A stretch of DNA of 63,767 bases, counting the filler. It is 8 parts of 8 records of this genome, joined end to end, with 100 filler letters (N's around TTAATTAATTAA, not from the genome) between each part and the next. Parts side by side here need not be neighbours in the genome. Positions count along the whole stretch, not along the records: positions 1 to 8,404 come from DRR723986_19691; positions 8,505 to 16,350 come from DRR723986_19694; 6 more parts are not named here. The stretch is one strand, 5' to 3'. Position numbers and translations under genes: made by a program. Below the pieces are notes generated by a model that was not told where the DNA came from, ran no database searches, and saw only the letters and a list, made by a program, of their open reading frames with translations. Positions 1 to 8,585 of the stretch are shown one piece after another (the stretch's first letter is position 1; the number at the start of each line of letters is the position of its first letter).

Positions 1-356
1 AATTTCCAAGAGTCTCAATTTCCAAGAGTCCTCCGAGCCTCAATCACTTGAGTCTCAAGGACTCGCGTCCGACTCCGCGGATGAAGCCTTGCGCCCCAGT
101 GACTAACATGGAAATGAAAAAGCCAGCCAACGCACGGAGTAAGGGGGCGCAGCGGTCAAAGCTCAAGCTGATAAGACCGAAGGAATTGCGTGTAGAGAGT
201 GCTTCGAGGCAAGGTAGATGGGCGTAACATGCGACTGCCAGACTTGTAATAGTACCAAGCGCAAGGCAAAAACGAATAAATCCAGTAAATTATCGTCAGC
301 AGTGGATTAGGTGTTGAAGTAATTGAGCAGTTTGCAACAGCGACGAAAGATTTTCT

Positions 357-2423
357 GTGAACACGCAAGAACATATCGCCCAGCTGCGTAAAAAAGTGGC
401 GTATACCAAAGGTCTGCGGAATCTGGCGGCCAAAGCGGAATTAGCCGAGAGCCTGATTCATACTGATTCGCTGGAAGAAGCTGAGACTGTGGCTGTGGAA
501 GCCGAGGCCCAGGCGCGTAAACTGTATGCGCGCGCGCTCGAACGTGGTGCGAAAGACTCTGAGTATCGTAAAGCCCTGGCCAAATGTGTATTCGCCGTCG
601 GAATATGCCGAGACTATGGCATGCGATTTAATGAAGCCGAGGGTGCGCTTCGCGAATCTGCTGAGTTGTTTGAAAGTGTTAAAAGCTGGCCGGCTTATGT
701 TAAATCCATGCGCCTGCTTGCCGGTACTTTACAGGCCCAAAAACGAACTGATGCGGCTCTGGAAATATTAGATCGCAGTATCGAATTCTGTAAACATACG
801 CGCTACGACAAAGGCATATCGGCATTGTTAACCGCTAAAGCGAACACGCTGTTTTTAAGTTCTGGAGTCGAGAAAGCGCGCACCTGCCTGGAACAAGCGA
901 TTGATGCCGCCCAAGATAACAAGCAGGACAAAGCGTACGCCTTACATGCTTATGCGTATTCGTTCTTTTTACAGCAAGATCATAAAACTGCCGACAGCTA
1001 TTTTAAACAAGCGATTAACCTGCGCGATGGAGTTAATCCAGGTTTTGATTCTATGTCAACCCATAGAATGGCAGCGATTAATCTGCATGCCATGGGCAAC
1101 AGCAGCGGTGCACTCGAACATTTGCGCACCTCAATTAAGATTGCCCAGTCACACGGTTTTTTTTGGCAAGAAGCCGAGCTTCTGCACCGCATGGCCGATA
1201 TATATCGTGGCTTTAATTCCGGAAGTGAGGCCTACGAGTATTACCAGAAAGCGCACAAGGTATTTATAGCTATTGAAGATGGGTCGGGAGCGTCGAGCTG
1301 CCTGGCACATATGGGAGCTTACTGCTACGAAAATGGCGATAAAGAAACCGGGCGCATTTACATGCGGCAATGCCTTGCGCAAATTGAAGTTGCTGGGAAA
1401 ACTCTTAAACATTTGCAGGCAGTTTCGCTTCTGTTAAAATTCTGTCCGGAGGAATGTGACCTCGATGCGTTGCGCAGTTTGATTGAGGAGTTGATACGTT
1501 TAAACATCCAGAAAGGACCTGTCGCTCATTTAGCCAGGCAAGCTGCTTTGGGAGAAATATTATTGGCACAGGGAGCGTCGCGCGAGGCTGAGCAGGCGTT
1601 CCGCAAATGTCTTGATTTGGCATGTAAAGCCGGAAATCTTCGGCTTATGACCAAATTGCGGCTTCAACTTGGCAAGGTCAGCGTGCAGGCCGGAGACCTG
1701 AGTGGCGGGATAGCCTTGTTTAAGGAGGCTTTGGCACAGGGCGGAGACTTAAAAAACACCGAGCTGCTCGCTTCAATCCATGCCGAGCTGGCAAGTGTAC
1801 TGGAAGCTGCAGGAGATACGGCGCCGGCATTAAAACACTTGCGCCGTTCAGTGGAGTTAAAGGATGAACTGCGCAGACAGCAGAATTTGCAGCGCACGGA
1901 ACTGTTAAAAGTTGAGCACGACGTAGCGGCACTTGAAGATCAGAGTGTTAAGCAGCAGCAGCAGATTGATAGTTTAACACAGGAACGCGAAGCCGACAAA
2001 CGCTTGATTCAGGTGTTAAACGCGCGGACGGAACGCGATGTGGAGTTGCTGACAGAAGTTCGCACAGAATTGCGCAACACCGAGCGCAAAACGGGTGCTG
2101 CGAAGCTTAACAGTCAGCCTGCCCTGCGCTTGATCGAAGAACGATTACTTGAGATTGAGAGTACCAAAGATGAAGCCGAACTTGTTAATATTGATCACAA
2201 GTTTATGAGTTATCTGGCTGAAAAATATCCGCAGTTAACCAGCAAAGAGCGCCGTGTGTGTGCGCTGATTCGCACCAATATCTCCAACAATGACATTGCG
2301 CGTCTGATGGGAATTTCACAACGTTCGATTGAAACCTATCGCTACCGCATCCGCAAGAAATTTGGTTTTGAACCCGGCAGCGACCTTAACGCCGCCGTTG
2401 CCGCGCTCACCGGCGATCTCTAG
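357..2423 (+). CDS. TPR-repeat protein with coiled coil and C-terminal LuxR-type HTH (transcriptional regulator)
   Basis: Many TPR-like helical repeats (e.g. AYEYYQKA, AEQAFRKCLDLA); Q/E-rich coiled coil; C-terminal YPQLTSKERRVCALIRTNISNNDIARLMGISQRSIETYRYRIRKK is a LuxR HTH. GTG start; no signal peptide or TM segment seen. Confidence 0.85.
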   Translation: MNTQEHIAQLRKKVAYTKGLRNLAAKAELAESLIHTDSLEEAETVAVEAEAQARKLYARALERGAKDSEYRKALAKCVFAVGICRDYGMRFNEAEGALRESAELFESVKSWPAYVKSMRLLAGTLQAQKRTDAALEILDRSIEFCKHTRYDKGISALLTAKANTLFLSSGVEKARTCLEQAIDAAQDNKQDKAYALHAYAYSFFLQQDHKTADSYFKQAINLRDGVNPGFDSMSTHRMAAINLHAMGNSSGALEHLRTSIKIAQSHGFFWQEAELLHRMADIYRGFNSGSEAYEYYQKAHKVFIAIEDGSGASSCLAHMGAYCYENGDKETGRIYMRQCLAQIEVAGKTLKHLQAVSLLLKFCPEECDLDALRSLIEELIRLNIQKGPVAHLARQAALGEILLAQGASREAEQAFRKCLDLACKAGNLRLMTKLRLQLGKVSVQAGDLSGGIALFKEALAQGGDLKNTELLASIHAELASVLEAAGDTAPALKHLRRSVELKDELRRQQNLQRTELLKVEHDVAALEDQSVKQQQQIDSLTQEREADKRLIQVLNARTERDVELLTEVRTELRNTERKTGAAKLNSQPALRLIEERLLEIESTKDEAELVNIDHKFMSYLAEKYPQLTSKERRVCALIRTNISNNDIARLMGISQRSIETYRYRIRKKFGFEPGSDLNAAVAALTGDL

Positions 2424-2636
2424 ATTTTCAGGCACAGGCAAGTTCCGAAGCACGGTCCGAACCAGATTCCAAGGTGCCGTACCAGTCAAATCCGCGCTTC
2501 CGTAAGTTGGTCTGCAAAAGTACAAATGTATACTCAAACGCTGTTGCGTCAAAATGGAGAGTCGGGCGTATCTGCGTCACCAAATTGGCTGGCTTCTTAA
2601 ACGAATTGCAGCTCTGGCTGCTAACATGCGGTTTCC

Positions 2637-2951
2637 GGCGATCTAGATGCAGTCATCGCAAATCTCAATGCTCCACAAGACATTTGGTTAAACAATGGGG
2701 AAGGGTTCTTCGCTGAGTCCACTTTCGGCAGTGGCCGCTCCTATGGAATTGCTCTTGGGGATTTGGATGGCGACGGCGACCTGGATGCAGTTTTTGCCAA
2801 CTGCCGCACGGCAGGGAATAGACTGTAGTTAAACAATGGTGACGGTACGTTTAGCGGTTCTGTAATCAGTGGCAAATCGGGCGTATATCTGCTGGAAGTT
2901 CGCATGGCAGATAGTGAAGTGTTAAACGCTACCATTATTGTCAGGCCATAA
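2637..2951 (+). pseudogene. Remnant of an FG-GAP/VCBS-repeat protein ending in a T9SS-like C-terminal tail
   Basis: Manual translation: GDLDAVIANLNAPQDIWLNNGEGFF...GIALGDLDGDGDLDAVFANCRTAGNRL*LNNGDGTF...SGVYLLEVRMADSEVLNATIIVRP*. In-frame TAG at 2826-2828 sits where the first repeat has Trp; no start codon after the TAA at 2622-2624. Confidence 0.75.
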
Positions 2952-3320
2952 ATTGATTTGTTGCAGCGCCGCTTTCCACTGCGTTTGCGGCTTGCTTTTT
3001 GAGGTCTTTTTGTTAATTGTTGATTCTGCGGTCTAGAGCCTCGAAGTCTGCCTTTGAGTCGAACCTTCGCAGTGTGCCGTGTTCGCAAAAGTATGGATCG
3101 TTGTGCCGCACTTTTGAATCTCGCCACTCAGTTGGTTTGGGCCGCACGCATCAGGTCTCTTGAGAACCTGTTGACCACTGGTGCATGTTTTGATTTTGTG
3201 TGCTGAATGTTATATCTTGAGCCGCCCCGTGACATGCTATTATTGGCAACAAAACTATCCAACCTGTTTCTGTCGGCATTTAGCCGTCTGAGTCTCTTGC
3301 TGCCCAAGCAAGACTCTACT

Positions 3321-3355
3321 TACACCCTCGTAGCCTGATATACACCCTCGTAGCC
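3321..3355 (+). repeat. Perfect 15-bp direct repeat TACACCCTCGTAGCC x2 with 20-bp period; candidate operator
   Basis: Copies at 3321-3335 and 3341-3355, about 80 bp upstream of the ORF at 3437. Confidence 0.75.
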
Positions 3356-3436
3356 CACTTATTGTACATGGTAAGGCTTCACACATTCAGTGGAAGCCCA
3401 ATCACTCTTTTTCTGTAATATCTATTAGCTGCAAGG

Positions 3437-3901
3437 ATGATGATGAAGTATCGTAATTATTTATTCGTACTCGTGTGTTTTGGATTCTTGTTCACATACA
3501 GTGAAACAAAGGCTGGAGAGGATGTCCGTGCTGTGACGGTCACTTTGGCGAGCACTGACGCGTTTTTTGGACAAGACATGATGTATGAAATCACGGTTGA
3601 GAATACTGGCAACGTGGCGTACTCTGGCAGGCTTTCGATTGAGTTCCACGGTGCATTGGGCTACGTAAGTAGTCTTCCGCGGACTGCCGATGTTACAGGC
3701 AACGTCGCCACCTGGAACATCAGTGATTTAGGCGTAGGTTACGATGACACTTTCTCTCTCAAGCTGAGCGTACCCGGCAACGGCCAGGACACATTTAGCG
3801 TGAGTGCAATTGCCAAAGCCGACGTTGATCCCCGCCTTCCCGCTGAGATAGTCGCCGCTGCTACTGACAAACTTACCCAGCTGGTCGAGGATCCGGATTA
3901 A
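3437..3901 (+). CDS. Secreted protein with DUF11-like Ig-fold domain
   Basis: Signal peptide MKYRNYLFVLVCFGFLFTYSETKA; YEITVENTGN...ATWNISDLGVG pattern typical of DUF11-like domains. Confidence 0.6.
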   Translation: MMMKYRNYLFVLVCFGFLFTYSETKAGEDVRAVTVTLASTDAFFGQDMMYEITVENTGNVAYSGRLSIEFHGALGYVSSLPRTADVTGNVATWNISDLGVGYDDTFSLKLSVPGNGQDTFSVSAIAKADVDPRLPAEIVAAATDKLTQLVEDPD

Positions 3902-3976
3902 TTAATCAGATGCTTGACGAGTTACGTCAGGGCCCTTGCTGATTCCGACGCGAGGCCTTTAAGTCGCAGCATTGCA

Positions 3977-4008
3977 CGCTGCTTTCCATTTGGAGGGCAG
4001 CGGGTTTT
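3977..4008 (+). terminator. Hairpin, possible intrinsic terminator
   Basis: CGCTGCTTTCCA-tt-TGGAGGGCAGCG followed by ggtttt, downstream of 3437..3901. Confidence 0.4.
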
Positions 4009-4622
4009 GATTCTACGGTTGATGCTCTGAACAACTTAGTACGGGGCCGGGACGTTTTTCTTTTACTACTCTGACACCAGCTTTGACCTGATCCAAAATG
4101 CATTGTAGACTAATCTTCGTTGATTGGTTTCACGAGCCCGATTCCAAAACACAGACCGCTTAATCCGAAAGTCGGGTTGTTCACATACGTTTTGCAGCAC
4201 AAGAGTTTTTCATGTATTGAAATCCGAGAAGAAACTTAAAGACTTGTTATGGCGGCTATAGTGACGGTGACGGCCGTACCGTACCGGCCTTCATTTGTTG
4301 AATCAACCTGTTGAAAAACTCAGGGAGGGAGGACTGAGATCTGAAGGAAATCGTGGAGGAGATGGGGCGGACGTGGGGCCGGCAAGCGGCGGACCACTTG
4401 ATCACGCAGGAGTGATGTGTTGTTGCTGTAAGGCTTGATAGTAAAAGAGTTATGGGTTTTGAGAGGTGGGGCACTGACAGATGCACTGACGGGAAAACAT
4501 ATTTCCCACTTACCAGTGTGTTTGACCGAACAGTTCATGTCTCAACATCTATCGCGGATGAAAACTTTGGAATTATAAAGACTGCAATAATGACAGGTGC
4601 CAAAAGAGACATTAGTATTGGC

Positions 4623-5481
4623 TGTATCGCCCATCTAGAAGTTATACAATTGCCTTCAAATGCAAGTGAGACTTCGGTTGTTTAACAATTGCCTGTTGGT
4701 GTTCCCAGAACTCTTTGCGCTCATCTGCCGTTTGTTTCAGTTTGCGTTCTCGTTGGCACAAAGCATCGACTGGATTACCGCGATAATAGACCACCGGTGG
4801 GAAGTACCTGATCGCCGAATGCGCCCGCACAGTGTTGTAATTGTCTTGCCACGTTTTCAGGATGTCGATTGCTTCGTGGGAGCTCTGTGGCTGCTCCGGA
4901 TCGATGGCTTCCTCGCGGTGCGTGCGATGCAGGCGTTCAACCACGCCGTTGCTTTCCGGATGACGGATTCGGGTTGCGATGGAGGTCACCGGTGCTCCTT
5001 CGACAAAACGCTTCCATTCGGCACCGCAGAACTGCGAACCGTTGTCGTGTACAATGGTAACATTCCTATCGGCCACAGTCGGTAAGCCGTCGAGGGCTTC
5101 CTGAATCGTCAGGGTGACGGTGTCGGCGGTCATCGTCGGATTCAGGCTCCGGTGGACCAGGTAGCGGCTGTGGACGTCGATGATATCGACCAGGTAGAAC
5201 CAGTCGCCGCCGAGGCGTAGATACATGATGTCGACGTGCCAGACTTCGTCGGGCGACTGTGGCTTGGCCGGGCGCTGCAACGATTCCGCTTTGCCGTACT
5301 TCCTCGATGATTCTCAGCTTGTCCTCGGCGCTCCAACTGCGCCTGACAGTTTTCTGATGTGAGTCGTTCATGCTTCAGCTCCGTGTTTTGCATTAAACTA
5401 CTCCATTTATGGAATGTTTGAAAGAGACGAACTCTCACGTGCAATGTGCGGCAATACTTTAACTTCTAGATGGGCAAAACA
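4623..5481 (-). mobile_element. IS3/IS481-type insertion sequence, internally deleted (859 bp)
   Basis: Imperfect terminal IRs TGTATCGCCCATCTAGAAGTTATACAATTGCC (from 4623) and, as reverse complement, TGTTTTGCCCATCTAGAAGTTAAAGTATTGCC (ending 5481); TGT...ACA ends; encloses an HTH start and an rve core. Confidence 0.85.
4642..5371 (-). pseudogene. Transposase: OrfA-like N-terminus joined out of frame to an intact DDE integrase core
   Basis: 5371 start RRSWSAEDKLRIIEEVRQSG (HTH_Tnp_1-like) stops resembling a transposase near 5285; 4642..5280 has VWHVD, VHDNGSQF, SNGVVERLHRT (DDE). Confidence 0.8.
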
Positions 5482-5666
5482 TCGAAAGATGAACTGCTGG
5501 TTTTACCTATTCATACTCTCAAAGCCATAGCACTTCTCTCCCTACTACCTTAGTCCAGAGGACTGTCCGTGTGATATCGCTTATTATCAATTGGCTTTGC
5601 ATTGAATACCGATTAACTATCTCAATTTGGAAGATCTTTCACCCACACCCTAGTCGTTATCGGTAA

Positions 5667-6074
5667 TCAAAACCCTTTAGTAAAAACAAATTGCAACCGA
5701 TAAAATGGATGGAAGTACCTCAAGATTCCTTTCCATCCGAGCCAACAGAAGATAGTGTGCAAGCGGGATACTACTCAAGGGTGGGTAGCTTTAGCAGAGG
5801 AAAAACCCACTTCTTTGAAAATGAGATTTACTAATACTATATTCAACAATTGCACATAGAGGAATATCATTTTGGTTTATGGGTTGTGGTAATAGATAAA
5901 ATAACAAGAAAGAAGCAATCCGAACGAAGCATGTATGCTGGAGAAAGTAGCAGTTTCGCTTCGATAAATATTCAATGGACCGGACAGCTCTTTAAAGATA
6001 AACCGGCAGTAATATTCGGTTTTCAACATCACTCATATGGATGTCCTGGAGTCAAATGTATACATCCAACCTAA
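5667..6074 (+). pseudogene. Probable decayed hypothetical gene
   Basis: The frame of ORF 5850..6074 continues upstream through TAA at 5832 as far as TAA at 5664 with protein-like sequence (KWMEVPQDSFPSEP...). Confidence 0.35.
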
Positions 6075-6091
6075 AAAGGAATAGAATATAA

Positions 6092-7207
6092 ATGCGACAA
6101 TCGACATTAATTGTATTCGGACTTTCGATGTTATTCAGTTTTGCCGAGTATCTCAATGCACAATGCAGTCTGTCCATAAAAGCAGAAGCTCTCACACCAG
6201 TCGACACATTAAGTGAAGAGCAACTGATAGCCAACTTTGATATTCCAAATTATATCTATCAAAATAAGAAATACTTTATGTATTACTCGATCTATAAAAA
6301 CACGCCTTCCAATTATCTTTTTATCAAAGAGAAACAAGGTTTTATAATCTATCTCATCTACGGAAATGAGCGTCAAAGGGACATAAAAGTAAACGATAAA
6401 TACCTGTTGATTGAAGATTACTATAGTCACGGAGCGAGGCAGATTCTAAGTGCTGGTATTGATGCGCACCTTATTGATTTAGAAAACAAAATCTATTTTA
6501 CGCTACCAATAGAAAATAGCGTCGAGACCTGGACTTATGATAGTCTGGAAAACTCTGCTGCCATAAAAAAATGGTGCTCAACCAAATTAGTTTTTGAAGA
6601 TAAAGGATTTACGGCTCTAACCTTTAATCAGTTGTATGATTCTCGTGACTGTTTATGTTTGGAAAGTGGTAAGTATAGAATTATGAATGAAGTTATTCAT
6701 AAGAACGCTGAATATTTAGAAGAAACATTCAAATTTAAACCCATAATTTGGGTACAAGATTTTTATATAGGAATGCCAGTTGAACAGTTTAAATCTAAGC
6801 ATTCTAATTTTGTATTAAAAGAGGTTCCTTGTTATGTCTATGGAATCGATTCTGAGGCAATGGGGCTGGAGGTAATTGTCGAAGGACAATTAACATTCTT
6901 CCTTACGGTCTATCAGAAAAAGATAACCAGTATCTTCATATTGAACCAAATCATTCAACATGAAGAAATGGATTTATCCCTAACTGCACAAGAGATTTTG
7001 GATCAGAATCAAAATGCATCAGTAAGGATTGACCTACTTTCTCACTGGGAATATATCTACATTAAGGAAAAGAACATGAAGTTCATCTTTAAAACCAATT
7101 CGGCTAATCGTATTGCGGACTACATAAATGGCTTGGATGAACCAAGTCAACTGATTATCAAACCGAATGTAAAAGCCGATTTTATTCAGGTTCGTGAACT
7201 TTACTAG
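6092..7207 (+). CDS. Hypothetical secreted protein
   Basis: 371-aa ORF, N-terminal signal peptide, AT-rich; no family recognised. Confidence 0.7.
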   Translation: MRQSTLIVFGLSMLFSFAEYLNAQCSLSIKAEALTPVDTLSEEQLIANFDIPNYIYQNKKYFMYYSIYKNTPSNYLFIKEKQGFIIYLIYGNERQRDIKVNDKYLLIEDYYSHGARQILSAGIDAHLIDLENKIYFTLPIENSVETWTYDSLENSAAIKKWCSTKLVFEDKGFTALTFNQLYDSRDCLCLESGKYRIMNEVIHKNAEYLEETFKFKPIIWVQDFYIGMPVEQFKSKHSNFVLKEVPCYVYGIDSEAMGLEVIVEGQLTFFLTVYQKKITSIFILNQIIQHEEMDLSLTAQEILDQNQNASVRIDLLSHWEYIYIKEKNMKFIFKTNSANRIADYINGLDEPSQLIIKPNVKADFIQVRELY

Positions 7208-7220
7208 TTTGGTTATTAAC

Positions 7221-7943
7221 ATGCAGAAAAACTGGGCTTCTATGTATCACTTGATTTTCATTGCTATTGGTAGTTTCTCTCATGCAGCTTCTGGTCAAAT
7301 GAGTATCAATGAAACAACCTTTAAAGGAAGCATGACAAACAACTGCTACTCTTATGAGTACAATCTTAAAATACCTGTTTTACAAATATATAGCCCAGAA
7401 GATTGGGATTGGATGATGAGTATTCAAAGGCAAATTAATGAGATTCCCGAATCGATAATCGAAGAAATTACCTTACCTGAGTATGTGGATGTTGAAGATT
7501 GCCTGGATATGCACTATCCCCCACAGGAACATTTGGTCGATTACACTATTTTCCGCACTGAAAAAAATCTTTTATCCTTTGTTGTGAGTTATAATGTGGT
7601 AGAAGGAAATGGCGGGCACGGTGGAGCTATCTATAAGTATTGCTTTAACCTTGACTTAGAAAATGAACAATCCATTGATTTTCATGAACTTTTCGATGAA
7701 TCACGTCAACAAAAAGTGCTAGAATTGCTGAAAGCTGAATTTAATCGTACACAAAACTCAACTTTCGAATCATACACCGATGATTACCTCCAACTTGAAG
7801 GGATTTCCATTGCAAAAAATGGAATGATTTTTCATTATTTGGCATACAACGGCCACGCTACCTATGTACCGATTCAAATAGAATTGACAAAAAATCAGAT
7901 CGCTGATTTGTTAGTTAATGAATACAAATGGCTGTTCAACTAA
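7221..7943 (+). CDS. Secreted DUF3298/RsiV-PdaC-like protein
   Basis: Signal-like N-terminus; LLSFVVSYNVVEGNGGHGGAIYKYCFNLDLENEQSIDFHELF resembles the GAHG...NFDL..G..L.L.DLF motif. Start 7221 preferred (ORF track gives 7194). Confidence 0.55.
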   Translation: MQKNWASMYHLIFIAIGSFSHAASGQMSINETTFKGSMTNNCYSYEYNLKIPVLQIYSPEDWDWMMSIQRQINEIPESIIEEITLPEYVDVEDCLDMHYPPQEHLVDYTIFRTEKNLLSFVVSYNVVEGNGGHGGAIYKYCFNLDLENEQSIDFHELFDESRQQKVLELLKAEFNRTQNSTFESYTDDYLQLEGISIAKNGMIFHYLAYNGHATYVPIQIELTKNQIADLLVNEYKWLFN

Positions 7944-7971
7944 TCAATAAGTAATGAATGACGGAGCCAAC

Positions 7972-8154
7972 TGTATCGCCCACCTAGAAGTTATACAATT
8001 GCCTTCATATGCAAGTGAGACTTCGGTTGTTTAACAGTTGTTTGTTGGTTTGCCCAGAACTCTTTGCGTTCATCGGCCGCTTGTGTCATTTTGCGTTCTC
8101 GTCGGCACAAAGCATCGACGGGATTACCGCGATAATAGACCCTCGGTGGGAAGT
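7972..8154 (-). mobile_element. Second, partial copy of the same IS (transposase 3' end plus IR)
   Basis: Aligns with 4623-4805 with scattered substitutions (TGTATCGCCCACCTAGAAGTTATACAATTGCC...GGTGGGAAGT). Confidence 0.85.
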
Positions 8155-8404
8155 TTACAGTCCGACGCCCAGTGTGCGTCGTGATCAGCTCGTACTTAGG
8201 AACCACTTTCTCAATACGCGTTGGACCTCGATGCTCGATCATCAACGTCGGTTCGTCGATGCCTGCCAGTTCACACAACTGCCGGATGAGTTTGTTAGCC
8301 TGTTTGTTGCCCGGATCAGGAAGTCCAATTTCCGGACAACGCTCCAGGATCTCGCGCGCCTGTGGCATGAGTGACAGTTTGAGATTGTCGCTGGTTTTGA
8401 CGGT
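8155..8404 (-). pseudogene. Tyrosine recombinase (Bacteroidota-type integrase) fragment truncated by the IS remnant
   Basis: KTSDNLKLSL...NKQANKLIRQLCELAGIDEP...PKYELITTHTGRRT: the HxxR box is present, then the sequence switches to IS DNA; 5' part lost at the contig end. Confidence 0.75.
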
Positions 8405-8504
8405 NNNNNNNNNNNNNNNNNNNNNNNNNNNNNNNNNNNNNNNNNNNNTTAATTAATTAANNNNNNNNNNNNNNNNNNNNNNNNNNNNNNNNNNNNNNNN
8501 NNNN
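8405..8504. other. Artificial contig spacer (N44-TTAATTAATTAA-N44); also at 16351-16450, 23684-23783, 30993-31092, 37703-37802, 46165-46264, 58256-58355
   Basis: Identical 100-nt spacers with stops in all six frames; composition and gene content change across them. Confidence 0.98.
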
Positions 8505-8532
8505 GCGGGTTCGATTCCCGCTACCCGCTCCA
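8505..8532 (+). tRNA. 3' fragment of a tRNA, probably tRNA-Gly
   Basis: GCGGGTTCGATTCCCGCTACCCGCTCCA = T-arm, acceptor 3' strand and CCA; anticodon is outside the contig. Confidence 0.75.
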
Positions 8533-8585
8533 AATCAACGTTCTAATTTCTCACGTCCTTTTCGCCTTTTGGTCGTGTTCAAGTG

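Noticed and set aside
2826-2828. Programmed TAG readthrough or recoding
   Set aside because: TAG is a normal stop in this contig (357..2423) and the fragment also lacks a start; a nonsense mutation is simpler
4304-4321. CAACCTGTTGAAAAACTC resembling an IS5/IS1182-type terminal IR
   Set aside because: No partner IR or transposase found; too short to support a call
7991-8368. A genuine 125-aa gene
   Set aside because: Chimera of an integrase fragment and an IS tail
8405-8504. TTAATTAATTAA within N runs as a biological repeat, and gene linkage across segments
   Set aside because: Identical artificial spacers; adjacent segments come from different organisms, so no cross-spacer system can be inferred and ORFs containing X are artefacts
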